Below are positions 1 to 10,416 of a stretch of DNA of 34,464 nt, piece after piece. Below the pieces are notes generated by a model that had not been told where the DNA came from, did not search any database, and saw nothing but the letters and a program-made list of their open reading frames with translations. The stretch is from Thelocarpon superellum (Eukaryota). Each line of letters starts with the position of its first letter. Position 1 is the stretch's first letter. A program made the translations under genes and the position numbers. The DNA is taken from assembly GCA_026025795.1 (NCBI GenBank), contig JAPEUG010000014.1, positions 62,001 through 96,464 of the forward strand. Reading direction: 5' to 3'.

Positions 1-1915
1 GCGGTCTTCGTCGCCTGAGCTCTCGGTGCCGGGGGTCGCGAGCGGCGCGGACGACTGCGCGGTGCGGCGCCGGGCGCTGGCGGCGGCGGCGCCCGTGTCG
101 CGCGCGAAGAGCTCTTCGGCCCAGCGCGCACAGCGGAAGATGTAGCGCCATCCTTCGGGAAAGACGCCGACGAATTGCAGGAAGCCGTGCGAGATGCCGG
201 GGATGAGGAGCACTTCGACGTGGTCCCGCTCTTCGAAGCTGTGCCCGCGTCGACTGTACCCCTCCGGTGGCAGGCCGAGCTCGCGGCGCTCCCGCCACCG
301 CGTATAGTGCGCTTGCCGGAGCCGGCCGGCGAAGATGACGGTGTCGTCGACGAGAGGGTCCCGCTCGCCTGTCAGGAAGCAGGTCTTGGGGAAGCGCGAG
401 AGGAGGCCTTCGGGCGCCAGGAGCGGACAGAGCAGGTAGTCGGTGCTGAAGTCCGGTCGATTGTATGGCCCCACGTACAGGATGATCATGGCTCGCATCA
501 TTTCGGGCGTGAGGATCCGGTCGTTGAAGTACGAGATCATGCTGCTGGTCGCCAGGCGCGTCTTGACTCGTTGAGGCGCCGATGTGGTGGGAGGAGGGAG
601 GGCGGGCGGTGGGAGAGTGGCCAAGGTGGGCGGTGCCTGGGCGACGTTCAGCGCGGTGTTTTCCACTGCCCGCTGCGGTGGCGTGGCGTCTTCTTCGTCG
701 TCGGAATGGTGCGGCGTGCCCGGGGCGAGCTTGTTGTAGACCTCACTCTTGCGACGGAGCACGTTGCGGTTCGTCTTGCGCATCCGTCGGTCCTTGATGA
801 GTGACATTTGCTCGTCCGTCATCCAGTTGCCAATGTTCATGTCGAGCGACGGGTACATCAGCACCAGTCCCTCGGGCACCGGCAAGCTCTCTGCCCCTCG
901 CCCGCCGTGCGAGACAGCGTCGGCTGATTGAATGATCATGAGCACCATGCCGGCCGCAAGATTGCCACCCGCGCTGTCCCCAGACACCACGATCCGTGGC
1001 TGCGTCTCCCCCGACAGTCCGATACACCGTCCTTTCGTGGCGATCAAGGTGTGGTAGACGTCATAGCACTCGTTCAGTGCATATGGGTAGGGATACTCCG
1101 GAGCCTTGCGGTAGTCGAGGCTGAGCACGGGCAGACCGGTCTTGCCGGCCCAGGCCAGAAGCTTATCCTCGTGATTGCGCGGGCTCATGGCGACATAGCC
1201 ACCGCCGGGGACGTCGAGGATCATCTTGGTGTGCTGCTGCAACGCCGACAAGGGTCCGTCAAAGTACAGCCAGCCCGCGACCGGGTCCTTGTACGACGAC
1301 TCGGCAGGTCGGGGGATCCGAATGGCTCGCGGCGGGTATCGGGCCAGGCGAGGGCGAAGGATGCGGCCGAGAAGGTCCAGATATGGCGTGGTCGACTTGT
1401 TCCACGACACCCGAACATGATCGACCGTCAAGGTAGACCGGATCTTGCGCACCTTGTCGTCGGCTTGCTCGGCGGCGAAGAGGTAGTAGACGGAGAAGAT
1501 GACGGACGCAAGGTCGCGGATCCACTTCTGGCGAATGCGCATGGCCGACCAGAAGCCCGCGTCGAGCGCCGTCGTCACCCATGTGGCGCGAAAGTACGAG
1601 CGGCTGTAGAGATTCGCCAGTGGTTCGGGGCATTCCAGACCCACGAGCTTGCCAAAGTTCCGCGCGATGTAGAGCCAGAGGAGGGTGACGACGAGCTGCT
1701 GCCAGGCGGTCAGCCGAGGAGAAAGCCGGCGTGAGAGTGCGCGGATGAAGGGCGGGCCATTCTTGTTGCCACTGTGCTCGTCAGCATGGACCAGCGAGGC
1801 AACGCTCAGGAGCATGACGGTACCGGAGCAGATACAACGACCAAAATGACACCACGGCCAATACCTGGATCTTCCGGAACTGGACCGACGGTCGGCCCAG
1901 GACGTGGTCGATCAT
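1..1915 (-). CDS. Hormone-sensitive-lipase (HSL)-family alpha/beta hydrolase, 3'-truncated by the window edge; exons 1915-1824 and 1771-<1
   Basis: Absent from the ORF track because no stop lies in the window. Manual translation gives MIDHVLGRPSVQFRKIQVLAVVSFWSLYLLR, then intron 1823-1772 (GTACCG...CTGAC...CAG), then GNKNGPP...LDVPGGGYVAM (oxyanion GGG), LDYRKAPEYPYPYALNECYDVY and VVSGDSAGGNLAA (nucleophile GDSAG). Confidence 0.92.
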
Positions 1916-3282
1916 GGTCGCCGAGATCCTGTCGCGAATCGGATCTGGCCGATGTGCGTGGGCGTCGAGGAAATGGGAACTCGGCTTCAGAAAACGAGAC
2001 GCTCGTTGGCGGTCAAGATGTCTTGTTCGGCTGGGGTGCCCCCGCGGTCATGCATCCTCATGGCGACGACGCAAAGCATGCACGGACGGACGAGCAAGCG
2101 GTTCGGTAACAGGCGAAGAGCAAATTGATGGCGAAGCCCGACGCGATGGCACAGGACGCGACCATGCAGCGAACATGATATCCGATTTGCATGTGATCGT
2201 GGCGAGGCGGGGCAGGCGGAGCGGGCAGAAAGCGGGATGAGGATGAATGCGGTACGGCAGTTAGGTGCATTTGCACGAACACAATTCCCACACTCAAACC
2301 CGGATTCACCCGTCGCCCGTATGCAGGTTGGCCGTTCGATACGGGGCAGAAAGTATGATAGGAGTACGAGTACTCTTACCTCGGCACGACCAGACTTCGC
2401 GGGTGCGAAGTACGTCGTACAGTATGAGTACAGGATGCAACAGCAAAAGCCGCAATCATCATTGCTTGGTGACTTGGCGGAAATCGAACTCAGGAGGTTC
2501 ACCCTCGGCAGTCTAGCTCAAGCCACCACCGCAGTCCCGTGGTTGGCTAAAGTCCCACTACTCTACCGCTTCCACAGCTCGACAAGACGTCAACTGGATC
2601 GTGCAAAGCCATGCAAAACCCTCTTCATGTAGGATGGAAGAGGGTCCTCTATCTGACTCATAAATCGGACTTGATTGGCATGGACGTATAGATTAATCTG
2701 AGTCACCAGCACAAAAGTGCTGTCAGGCGCCTGCTGGGTACCTACTCCAGACATGACCGCTCGTCCATCAACGTCGTGGAATATCCTTCATCATGAACTC
2801 CATCGATGCACATTCCAAAGCCTCAGGCCCCGGTCAGGTATGCCTTTTCATACTTCCGTTCCCAGTGGACGGTCACGAGTGCTCGCAATATCCTACGTCA
2901 CGATCCATGGGCCACGGACAGTCTTGCCCTACCAACAGATAGAATTAGCTCATCTCGGTCGTTTGGACAATGTACACAGTGAATGTGTCCGAGTACTCGT
3001 ACAATAGCCAGCCCTCTGTTGTCCTGCTTCAGTCCCATCTTTTCATCTTACTTCATCTCATCCAAGTCAACCCATCCCATATCAACGACTTGCTCCAAAC
3101 AAAGCCATCAAACGCTCAAGTACTGCCTCTCCGCCTTTCTGCCGGGACTCGATACTCTTCTCCTTTCTGGTCATCCTCCACATCCACAGCTTCTGAGCTT
3201 CTCACACCCGAACTTGGACCCGCTTATCGTCCCACTTCTCGCGCTCGCGAGCCATCCAACGTCACGCGTCGACCGACACACG

Positions 3283-4890
3283 ATGCCGCCCAAAAGGGCA
3301 AAGCTAATCGTGCTAACGAAAGCAGACCCGTGGCCAACGCTCAAGGACATAAAATCTCAGGCGGCAAGCAGTCCACTTGTCGGTTCGGCGTCTCGGCAGC
3401 AAGCATTCCTACGGCTTCCACGAACGACCAGACGGAACAATGACCCGGCAAATCTTCGGGCCAGAGTCAACAGCCCGCCGCACGCCGCGTCAAGCGGGAT
3501 CGTGAAGAGGAGGCCTCCTCATCCTTGCCGCCCCATCACAAGAAGGCGAAAGCGCCCACTACAGTCAAGGCCCTGAATTAAGCCCCGACCCAGCGCCTGA
3601 ACATCCAACAGTGGCGGCGAGCTCGGCCTGGGACGTGGCAGTGCCGCCACAATCACTCGGCCCCGTCTGAATCCCAACCTGTTGGCCGAGGCCGTGGGCG
3701 TCGTTCAGCTTGCCACTGGTGGCATGCACAACGCGGCCCTCATGTGCGACAATCAGATTCTGACATGGGGCGTCAACGACTACGGGGCTCTGGACCACGA
3801 CACCTCATGGGACGGGGCCATGGTCGACATGGATCGTGCCGACTCCAACTCCGATAGCGACGAGAACACCTTGAATCCTAAAGAAGCGACCCCTGCTACT
3901 ATCGGCTCCACCGCCTCTCCTCAGGGCACCGTCTTCACGTAGCTCGTGGCGAGCGACAACGCGACCTTTGCTCAAACTGGCGATGAGTTGGTCCATGGCT
4001 GGGGGACATCTAGGGTACGTTGTGCAATCATCTCACGCATCTCTCTCTAAATTGATCAAGTAGCAACGACGGAATCGCCGGGTTCTCGCCGACCACACAG
4101 ATCCAGGCGGTCCCCATCCTCGTCCCTGGCATCCGCAAGGTGACAAAACTTGCCGCCGGAAACGACCACATCCTTGCCCTCAATGCCGATGGAACGGTAC
4201 TCGCCTTGGGATCGGGTGAACAGAACCAAATGGGACGGCGGGTCATGATGCGTAACAAGACTCATAGTCTCCTGCCGCGAACCTTTGGCCTCCGGAAAGG
4301 CATCGTCGACATCGGTGCTGGGGCTTACCATTCCTTCGCCATCCATCGGGATGGCACTGTCTATGGCTGGGGCCTCAACAGCTTCGGCGAGACGGGGGTC
4401 TCAGAGCGGGGTGGTGAGTCGGAGGCGTCCGTGCTCCGGCCGACGGTGATTCAGAGTCTCAAAGAGTACAATGACATCAAGATGATCCGCGGAGGCAACC
4501 ACCACAGCATCGCCCTCACCGAGCGCGGCGACTGCCTCTTCTGGGGCCAGGTAGACAACTACGCCACCGGGCTGGACAGTGCCATCCTTGCGGCGGAGGC
4601 CGTCATCTTCGACGCCCGCAGGCGGCCCCGGATCCTTACCAAGGCCACGCCGATCCCAGGCCTGAAGGCCGTCCACGTGGCGACAGCGTCAGATCACGTC
4701 TTCGCCGTCACGGGGGACGGCCAGGCCTAGAGCCGGGGCTTCAACGTGGAGCGCCAGACGGGCCAAGTGGGGGATGAGGAGATGGAGCGTGCCACGCGCC
4801 ACGCTCGTCGATCACTTGTCTATTCGTGGGAAGTTGGTCGTGTGGGCGGAGGCAGGGGGCCAGTGTAGCGCCTGGGGCGAGAAGGCTTGA
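3283..4890 (+). pseudogene. pim1: Degenerate RCC1 (Ran GEF; Pim1/Srm1/Prp20-like) copy
   Basis: MPPKR start and RCC1-repeat motifs (SGGELGLG, VQLATGGMHNAAL..DNQILTWGVNDYGAL, LAAGNDHILAL..DGTVLALGSGEQNQMGRR, IGAGAYHSFAI..GTVYGWGLNSFGETG, GGNHHSIAL, VVWAEAGGQ). Lesions: frameshifts near 3300-3600, in-frame TAG at 3940-3942 and 4728-4730, a 7-bp duplication GCCACGC at 4791-4804, and an intron from 4015 with no AG in the required phase. Confidence 0.88.
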
Positions 4891-5231
4891 TTCGCCGTGT
4901 TTCATCATCTCATCACTGCATCAAGCCTTTCTAGTGTCCTGGATAGCCCCGTGCACTCTTAGAATCATGTTCCAATGATGAAAGATTGTTGAGACAGGAA
5001 ATTCCTCGCTATCTCTCACCAGATCATTGTGTCCGGAGAGCTTTGGATGCGAGAGTGCGATAATTAATCAATCGGCAAAGATATGATCGATGAGTGACTC
5101 GATTTGATCCCGGGTTCCCAACCGATCTAATACCACCTTGTTGAATTTTTTTCTACCATGGATACACACTACGAGAGCAGAGAGCCTTGTACATGAAGGA
5201 GCCTCCACGATTGAATATACATTATTGAGCG

Positions 5232-5320
5232 TGTAGGAGCGCGCACGTGATCGGTCACGTGCCCACTCCTATCACTATCCCGACTACGCGTAGATTAGTA
5301 ATTCAGCTCTGATTCCTACA
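5232..5320. repeat. 89-bp element with 7-bp terminal inverted repeats (TGTAGGA...TCCTACA) and an internal hairpin with 17-bp arms carrying two CACGTG boxes; possible solo-LTR/MITE remnant or bHLH site pair
   Basis: Arms 5234-5250 TAGGAGCGCGCACGTGA and 5255-5271 TCACGTGCCCACTCCTA pair at 15/17 positions. The ends are TG...CA. No target-site duplication is visible. Confidence 0.4.
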
Positions 5321-5886
5321 ACCAGGACGTAGATATGAATGAAGATGACTAATCAGATTCAGGTGATATGCCATGCCTCCTCATGTATGTTGCGCAGGCG
5401 GGAATCGTCGTAGATTGTTAACGCGGCCGCTATCGAAACTCCGCTTGGGTCTGTCCAGGATAAGCGAAGCAATGGTCTGGGCAATCGCTCCAGTTAACCA
5501 GTCAGTGAAACCTCCAGTTAAGCCTCTGGTTGAACGTGCCTAGAGGTCTAGGGAGGCCTTAGGTCACAACCGCCAGGTAGTGCGTGCAGTTATCATAAAA
5601 GTGCGTGTCCGTATCAGCCCCACTGTTATACTCGTACATCAAACAATGCCGAGTATTTTTCGACAGGCATGGCTTACTCAGCCCGTGACTGGCCTGCCGT
5701 ACTATTGTTTGGCAGCCAGCGCCAACAGCAAGACAACTCCACCCCCACGTAGCGTCGGCCTCTCAGCGAGGCTGCCCGCCATGTGGGGGCGACGGGCTGC
5801 AACAGCGTATGGTATTTCAGCCTCGTCAAGCCCCGTCATGGCCATGCTCTGCAGCGAAAACTCTCTGCACACTGTTTGCAGACAAG

Positions 5887-8800
5887 ATGGCAGGTCTGGG
5901 CGCTGCCGATGCTATCGATACCGGACTCCAGATCTCAGAGCAGATCTTGAAGCTCAGCATGAGATATTTGGTCGGCGTGAAGGACGCCCGGGAGGACATC
6001 AAACGAGTCCGGAACGAAGTGTTGTCGCTCCAAGACAACTTGGTCGATCTCAAAGACCTCGCTGATGATCCGGACCCGGCGGCGCTATCGTCTCTTGGCT
6101 TGCTCAATCAACCGGATGGAGCCCTACAACAATGCCAGGAATTGCTTAAACAGCTAGCGGCCGGGCTAGAGCTTGGGCAGGACGAGGATGAGATGAAGAG
6201 ATTCGGGCTGAGGGCCCTGAAGTGGCCTTTGAGCACTAAAGCCGTCGAGAGAGCTCTCAAGGTCCTGCGAGACTACCAAGACAAGTTTGGGTTGGCGGTG
6301 AATAGGGATCATTTGTATGTGCAAGCATACGCCCTGTCCACGGAGGCTAACAAAGGCCATCAGGCGGCTCTCGCGAGAGATTAAGAACACTGTCACTCAT
6401 GTGGACAAGCGGGTGGTGGCGATGCAGACTCAGCAGGAAACCCTGCTCTCGTCCGAGTATAGGAGACAGATCGACAAATGGCTTTCCGCACCTGATCCAT
6501 CCTCCAACCATAACGCCGCCCGTGAGAAGCGACAGGGTCATACAGGCGCCTGGTTCACCGAAGGCTCTCAGTATGCCTCGTGGAAGGTCAATCCCACCTC
6601 TTTTCTCTGGTTGCATGGTATTCGTAAGTCTGCGCAGTTGGCCATCCCTATGCTAGACATGCGGGACGCTGATAAAGCTCTACAGCTGGGAATGGCAAAT
6701 CTGTCTTATGGTATGTCGGACATACCTCTTTCCGCCCGAGATATTGATCCAATTTGAAGCTCCACGATCATCGAGGATATTACGCAACATTGCCACCCGA
6801 AGCCAGACAACGTTGTTATCTACTTCTACTTCGATTTCAATGACAAGGAGAAACAAGGCCACCACGGCCTGATGCGTTCATTGGTCAAGCAACTGTCAAT
6901 GCAACTCCCAAGCACCTCTCCAGCAATCAAAGTGATCCTTTCACACTGTCAAGGACAACAACCAACGACCGAGGTCCTTCTCTCCATCTTTCGGCAGATG
7001 CTTGACGAGTTCCGGCAAACCTTTGTCGTCATCGATGCTCTAGACGAATGCACGGATAGGGAGAAGCTCATGGACCTCCTAACAAGTGTTCTTGTCTGGA
7101 GATATGAAAACCTCCGCCTCCTGGTGACTAGTCGAAGAGAGAAAGATATCGAGGATGCACTTGCACCATTGAGCCAAGGCTGCCAGACCGATCTGCGAAA
7201 TGCGTCAGTTGATGACGACATTCGGGCTTATATCCAGGAACGGCTTCGGAAAGACGCAAGACTGAGCAAGCAGGTTGAGGTGGTGCGGAATGAGATTCAG
7301 ACTGTATTGATGGACGGAGCACATGGAATGTATGAGTCGGCACCCTCCTTTAACGCCGATTGGGCAGAGCTATAAGCCAACCGCAACGTGCCAGGTTTCG
7401 ATGGGTCGTATGCCAATTGGACGCGCTTCGGAAATGCCGGAAACCCAACGACATTCGAAGAACATTGACTTCCTTACCCAAAACGCTGGACGACACGTAT
7501 ACTCGAATCTTGGCCAACATCGACGAGAACGATTGCCAAGACGCCCTCATCATCTTTCAGTGGCTCGTCCACTCGGCGCGGCCGCTACGGGTCGAAGAGA
7601 TGGGAGACGTGCTTGCGGTCGATCGAAAAAATACTCCTCGCTTTGAGCCGGAGAACCGGATATCGGAGCCAGAAGATCTGCTGAGCATCTGCTCTAGTTT
7701 GATCACTACTTCCACTGTGACGGTCTATTCCCTTAATGGCCGTCGAACTCAGGGAGAGGTTTTCCGATTTGCTCATTTCTCAGTCCAAGAGTTTTTGACC
7801 TCTGATCGGATTCGAGATGGGCCGGCGCTAGCATACCACATCGACAAAGGCGCCGCCGAGGGGCAGATTGCTTCATCTTGCTTGGCCTACCTTCTCTACT
7901 TCAAAGGTTCAAACTTGCTGACTGAGACCAACCTCAACGAATTTCCCCTCGCTCAATACGCTGCAAAATACTGGGGCAGGCATGCCCGAGCTGCTGGGAA
8001 TGACACCAGTGCGATCTTGGTTCATCAATTAGGAATGGTCCTTTTCTCCGACAGTGAAGCGTTCCTCAGCTGCAATCGACTTCACGATCCGCACCTTGAG
8101 GAGTCTTTGTCGAAAACCATCAGGAAGGGGTTAGAGGAGATCTGCTCTCCTCTTTTTTACGCATCGGCCAAAGGCTTAATTGAGCTTACTCGCCGTTTGC
8201 TTGAGGCTGGAGCAGATGTCGACATGCAGGGAGGGATATATGGTCCGGCGTTGTATGGAGCTGCCTTGGGAGGGCACAAGATGATTGTCCAGCAGCTGCT
8301 CGAGGCTGGAGCAGATGTCAACATCCAGGGAGGACTCTTTAACACAGCGCTGCAGATGGCTTCAGCATCTGGGCACCAGATGATTATCCAGCAGCTGCTT
8401 GAGGCTAGAGCAGACATCAATCTCCAGGGAGGAATCAATGGCACAGCACTACAGGCAGCTTCCTTCGGAGGGCACCAAACGACTGTTCAGCAGCTGCTCG
8501 AGGCTGGAGCTGATGTCAACATCCAGGGAGGAGACTTTAGCACTGCCCTGCAAGCAGCATCAGCACAAGGGCACCAGATGATTGTTCAGCAGCTGCTCGA
8601 GGCTAGAGCAGATGTCAACATTCAGGGAGGAGAGTGGGGCTCAGCTCTACAGGTAGCTTCAGCACAAGGGTACCAGACTATTGTCCAGCAGCTGCTCAAG
8701 GCTAAAGCAGACGTCAACATCCAGAGAGGAGTCGATGGCACAGCCCTACAGGCAGCTTCAACATTTGGCTACCAGAATATTGTCCAGCAGCTGCTTGAGA

Positions 8801-9306
8801 CTGGAGCAGACGTCAACATGAAGGAAGGACCATATGGCTCAGCGCTACAGGCAGCTTCGTCATTTGGGCACCAGATGATTGTCCAGCAGCTACTTGAGGC
8901 TGGGGCAGACGTCAACACAAAGGAAGGACACTATGGCTCAGCCCTGCAGGCAGCCTTAACATGGGGGCACCAGACTATTGTCCAGCAGCTGCTTGAGGCT
9001 GGAGCAGACGTCAACATCCAGGGAGGACTGTATGGCACAGTCCTACAGGCAGCTTCAGTAGTTGGGCACCAGACTCTTGTCCAGCAGCTGCTACAGGCTG
9101 GAGCAGAGGTCAACATCCAGGGAGGACCATACGGCTCAGCCCTGCAGGCAGCACGGAAGGAAAATCACGACGCAATCGCCCAGTTGCTGCGCAACGCCGG
9201 AGCCGTGGACTTGGAAGCCGATGTTGAAGCAGTGGCGGCGATGAGCTCCGAGCCTAAGTTTCTTCCCTCCTGCTCGCCGTCTCCTCCTCCCTCATCAGCG
9301 TCCTGA
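5887..9306 (+). CDS. Fungal NLR-like STAND protein: HeLo-like N-terminal domain + NACHT + ankyrin repeats; exons 5887-6314, 6364-6623, 6686-6710, 6760-7329, 7395-9306
   Basis: N-terminus ...RYLVGVKDAREDIKRVRNEV...LKWPLSTKAVERAL; pre-NACHT WLSAPDPSSNHNAAREKRQGHTGAWF; spliced Walker A LWLHGIPGNGKSVLCSTII; YFYFDFND; Walker B VVIDALDEC; LLVTSR; GMFRWVVCQLDAL; LPKTLDDTYTRIL; FAHFSVQEFL; about 11 ankyrin repeats. All four introns are GT-AG and keep the frame. Confidence 0.93.
8200..9189 (+). repeat. Ten tandem 99-bp ankyrin-coding repeats with high internal nucleotide conservation
   Basis: Units start at 8200, 8299, 8398, 8497, 8596, 8695, 8794, 8893, 8992 and 9091. Consensus is LEAGADVNIQGGxxGxALQAASxxGHQxIVQQL. 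Confidence 0.97.
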
Positions 9307-10416
9307 GCGCCTTCACTCCTACTCCGACATCCACATACTTCTCTTTACTTCAAGTCGACAAATATACAGATACACCAACGCATCAGCCAGCCTCAACCAC
9401 CAACCCTCGTCTTCCGGTCTTTTTGAGAGCCAGTGGGGACCGGAGAGTGCAGAGGAGGATAGGAGAAGAAAGGAGGAAAGCGAGGCTACAACGACGCGGA
9501 AGTCGCGGGTGGCGCGGACCAGTGGCGTGCGCGAGTGGCGTAGACGAAACGTGTGGATGAGACCCGTGCGGGAGAGAGGTGGGCAAGCAGTGCGGGCGAG
9601 AGACGAGCAGCGTCAAGCAAGTGGGGGCGATAGGCACGGGTAGGAGGGGCAGGCAACGAGCGGCGGGAATTCGGGGCGCTGAGGGAGGAAGGAGACAGGA
9701 CTCGGGTCGATTCCGAGCCAAGGAGAGACCGAGCCGCGAGCGAGTGGTTGGGTCGTGAATGTATGTATGTAGTACGTGCGTGACGGGGCTTCTGGGTATG
9801 TATGTTCGCTCTTTCAATTGAAGCAGGCCGCTGAATCTTCCAAATCATCGGGAGGGCTTTGGTAAGCGTGTGCTACGATACGGGACCTTCGGTCGACATA
9901 TTGATACAACAGCGGTAGTCCAGTAGATACTCTTTCCATAGCATGGTCCACGTACAGGGGAACAATTGACGGCCGAGGCCAGGGTCGAGGGCATAGCGGC
10001 GAGCGTACGCAAGAGAGAAGCGTCCGCCACGCGCATTCCGGAGGGGAGCGCTACACCCAGTGGGCCGGGAGAACACGAGGAGCTGGCAGGGGAGGTCTCT
10101 GAAGTGGTGGACCTACACTGGGAAGGCGTGGAAGCAAAGGCGGTCACATGATGAATACGACACACGCAGGCGAGGGCCTCCTCCTAAAGAAGCGCGGAAA
10201 GCCGGCCACCAGTACGCACGATGACCCGGGAGCGGACTCAACAACGGGCAGCGATGACGGACCTCGTCCGAAGAAGCAAATCTCCATGACCGCCAAGCAG
10301 AAGCAGGAGACCAATCCTCGGGTGAGCAAGATCAGCTCAAGATCAAGCTCAGATGGATTGGTGGAGCTATGCTATTTCCATTTGGATGAGTTGTTCAAGT
10401 CCCATGCATCAATCAA

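Noticed and set aside
175..1734. Plus-strand ORFs 175-804 and 928-1734
   Set aside because: They are antisense shadows of the minus-strand lipase, whose ORF is missing from the track only because it has no stop in the window.
3940..4730. In-frame TAGs in the RCC1 copy as A-to-I-editable premature stops (UAG>UGG)
   Set aside because: By motif context the positions correspond to Gln (FTQLVA) and Tyr (AYSWG), not Trp, and independent frameshifts could not be repaired by editing.
2628..5320. TGTAGGA at 2628 and TCCTACA at 5314-5320 as termini of a mobile element carrying the RCC1 copy
   Set aside because: The match is only 7 bp, with no target-site duplication and no transposase or RT remnants, so it is compatible with chance.
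4891..6314. Amyloid signalling motif or adjacent effector gene (HET-s/sigma/PP type) for the NLR
   Set aside because: I could not recognise a short G/N/Q-rich motif at the NLR N-terminus or a neighbouring effector ORF; the NLR carries its own N-terminal domain.
8200..9189. Regularly spaced repeats with variable inserts resembling a CRISPR-like array
   Set aside because: The 99-bp period is in-frame ankyrin coding sequence in a eukaryotic gene; there are no true spacers or cas genes.
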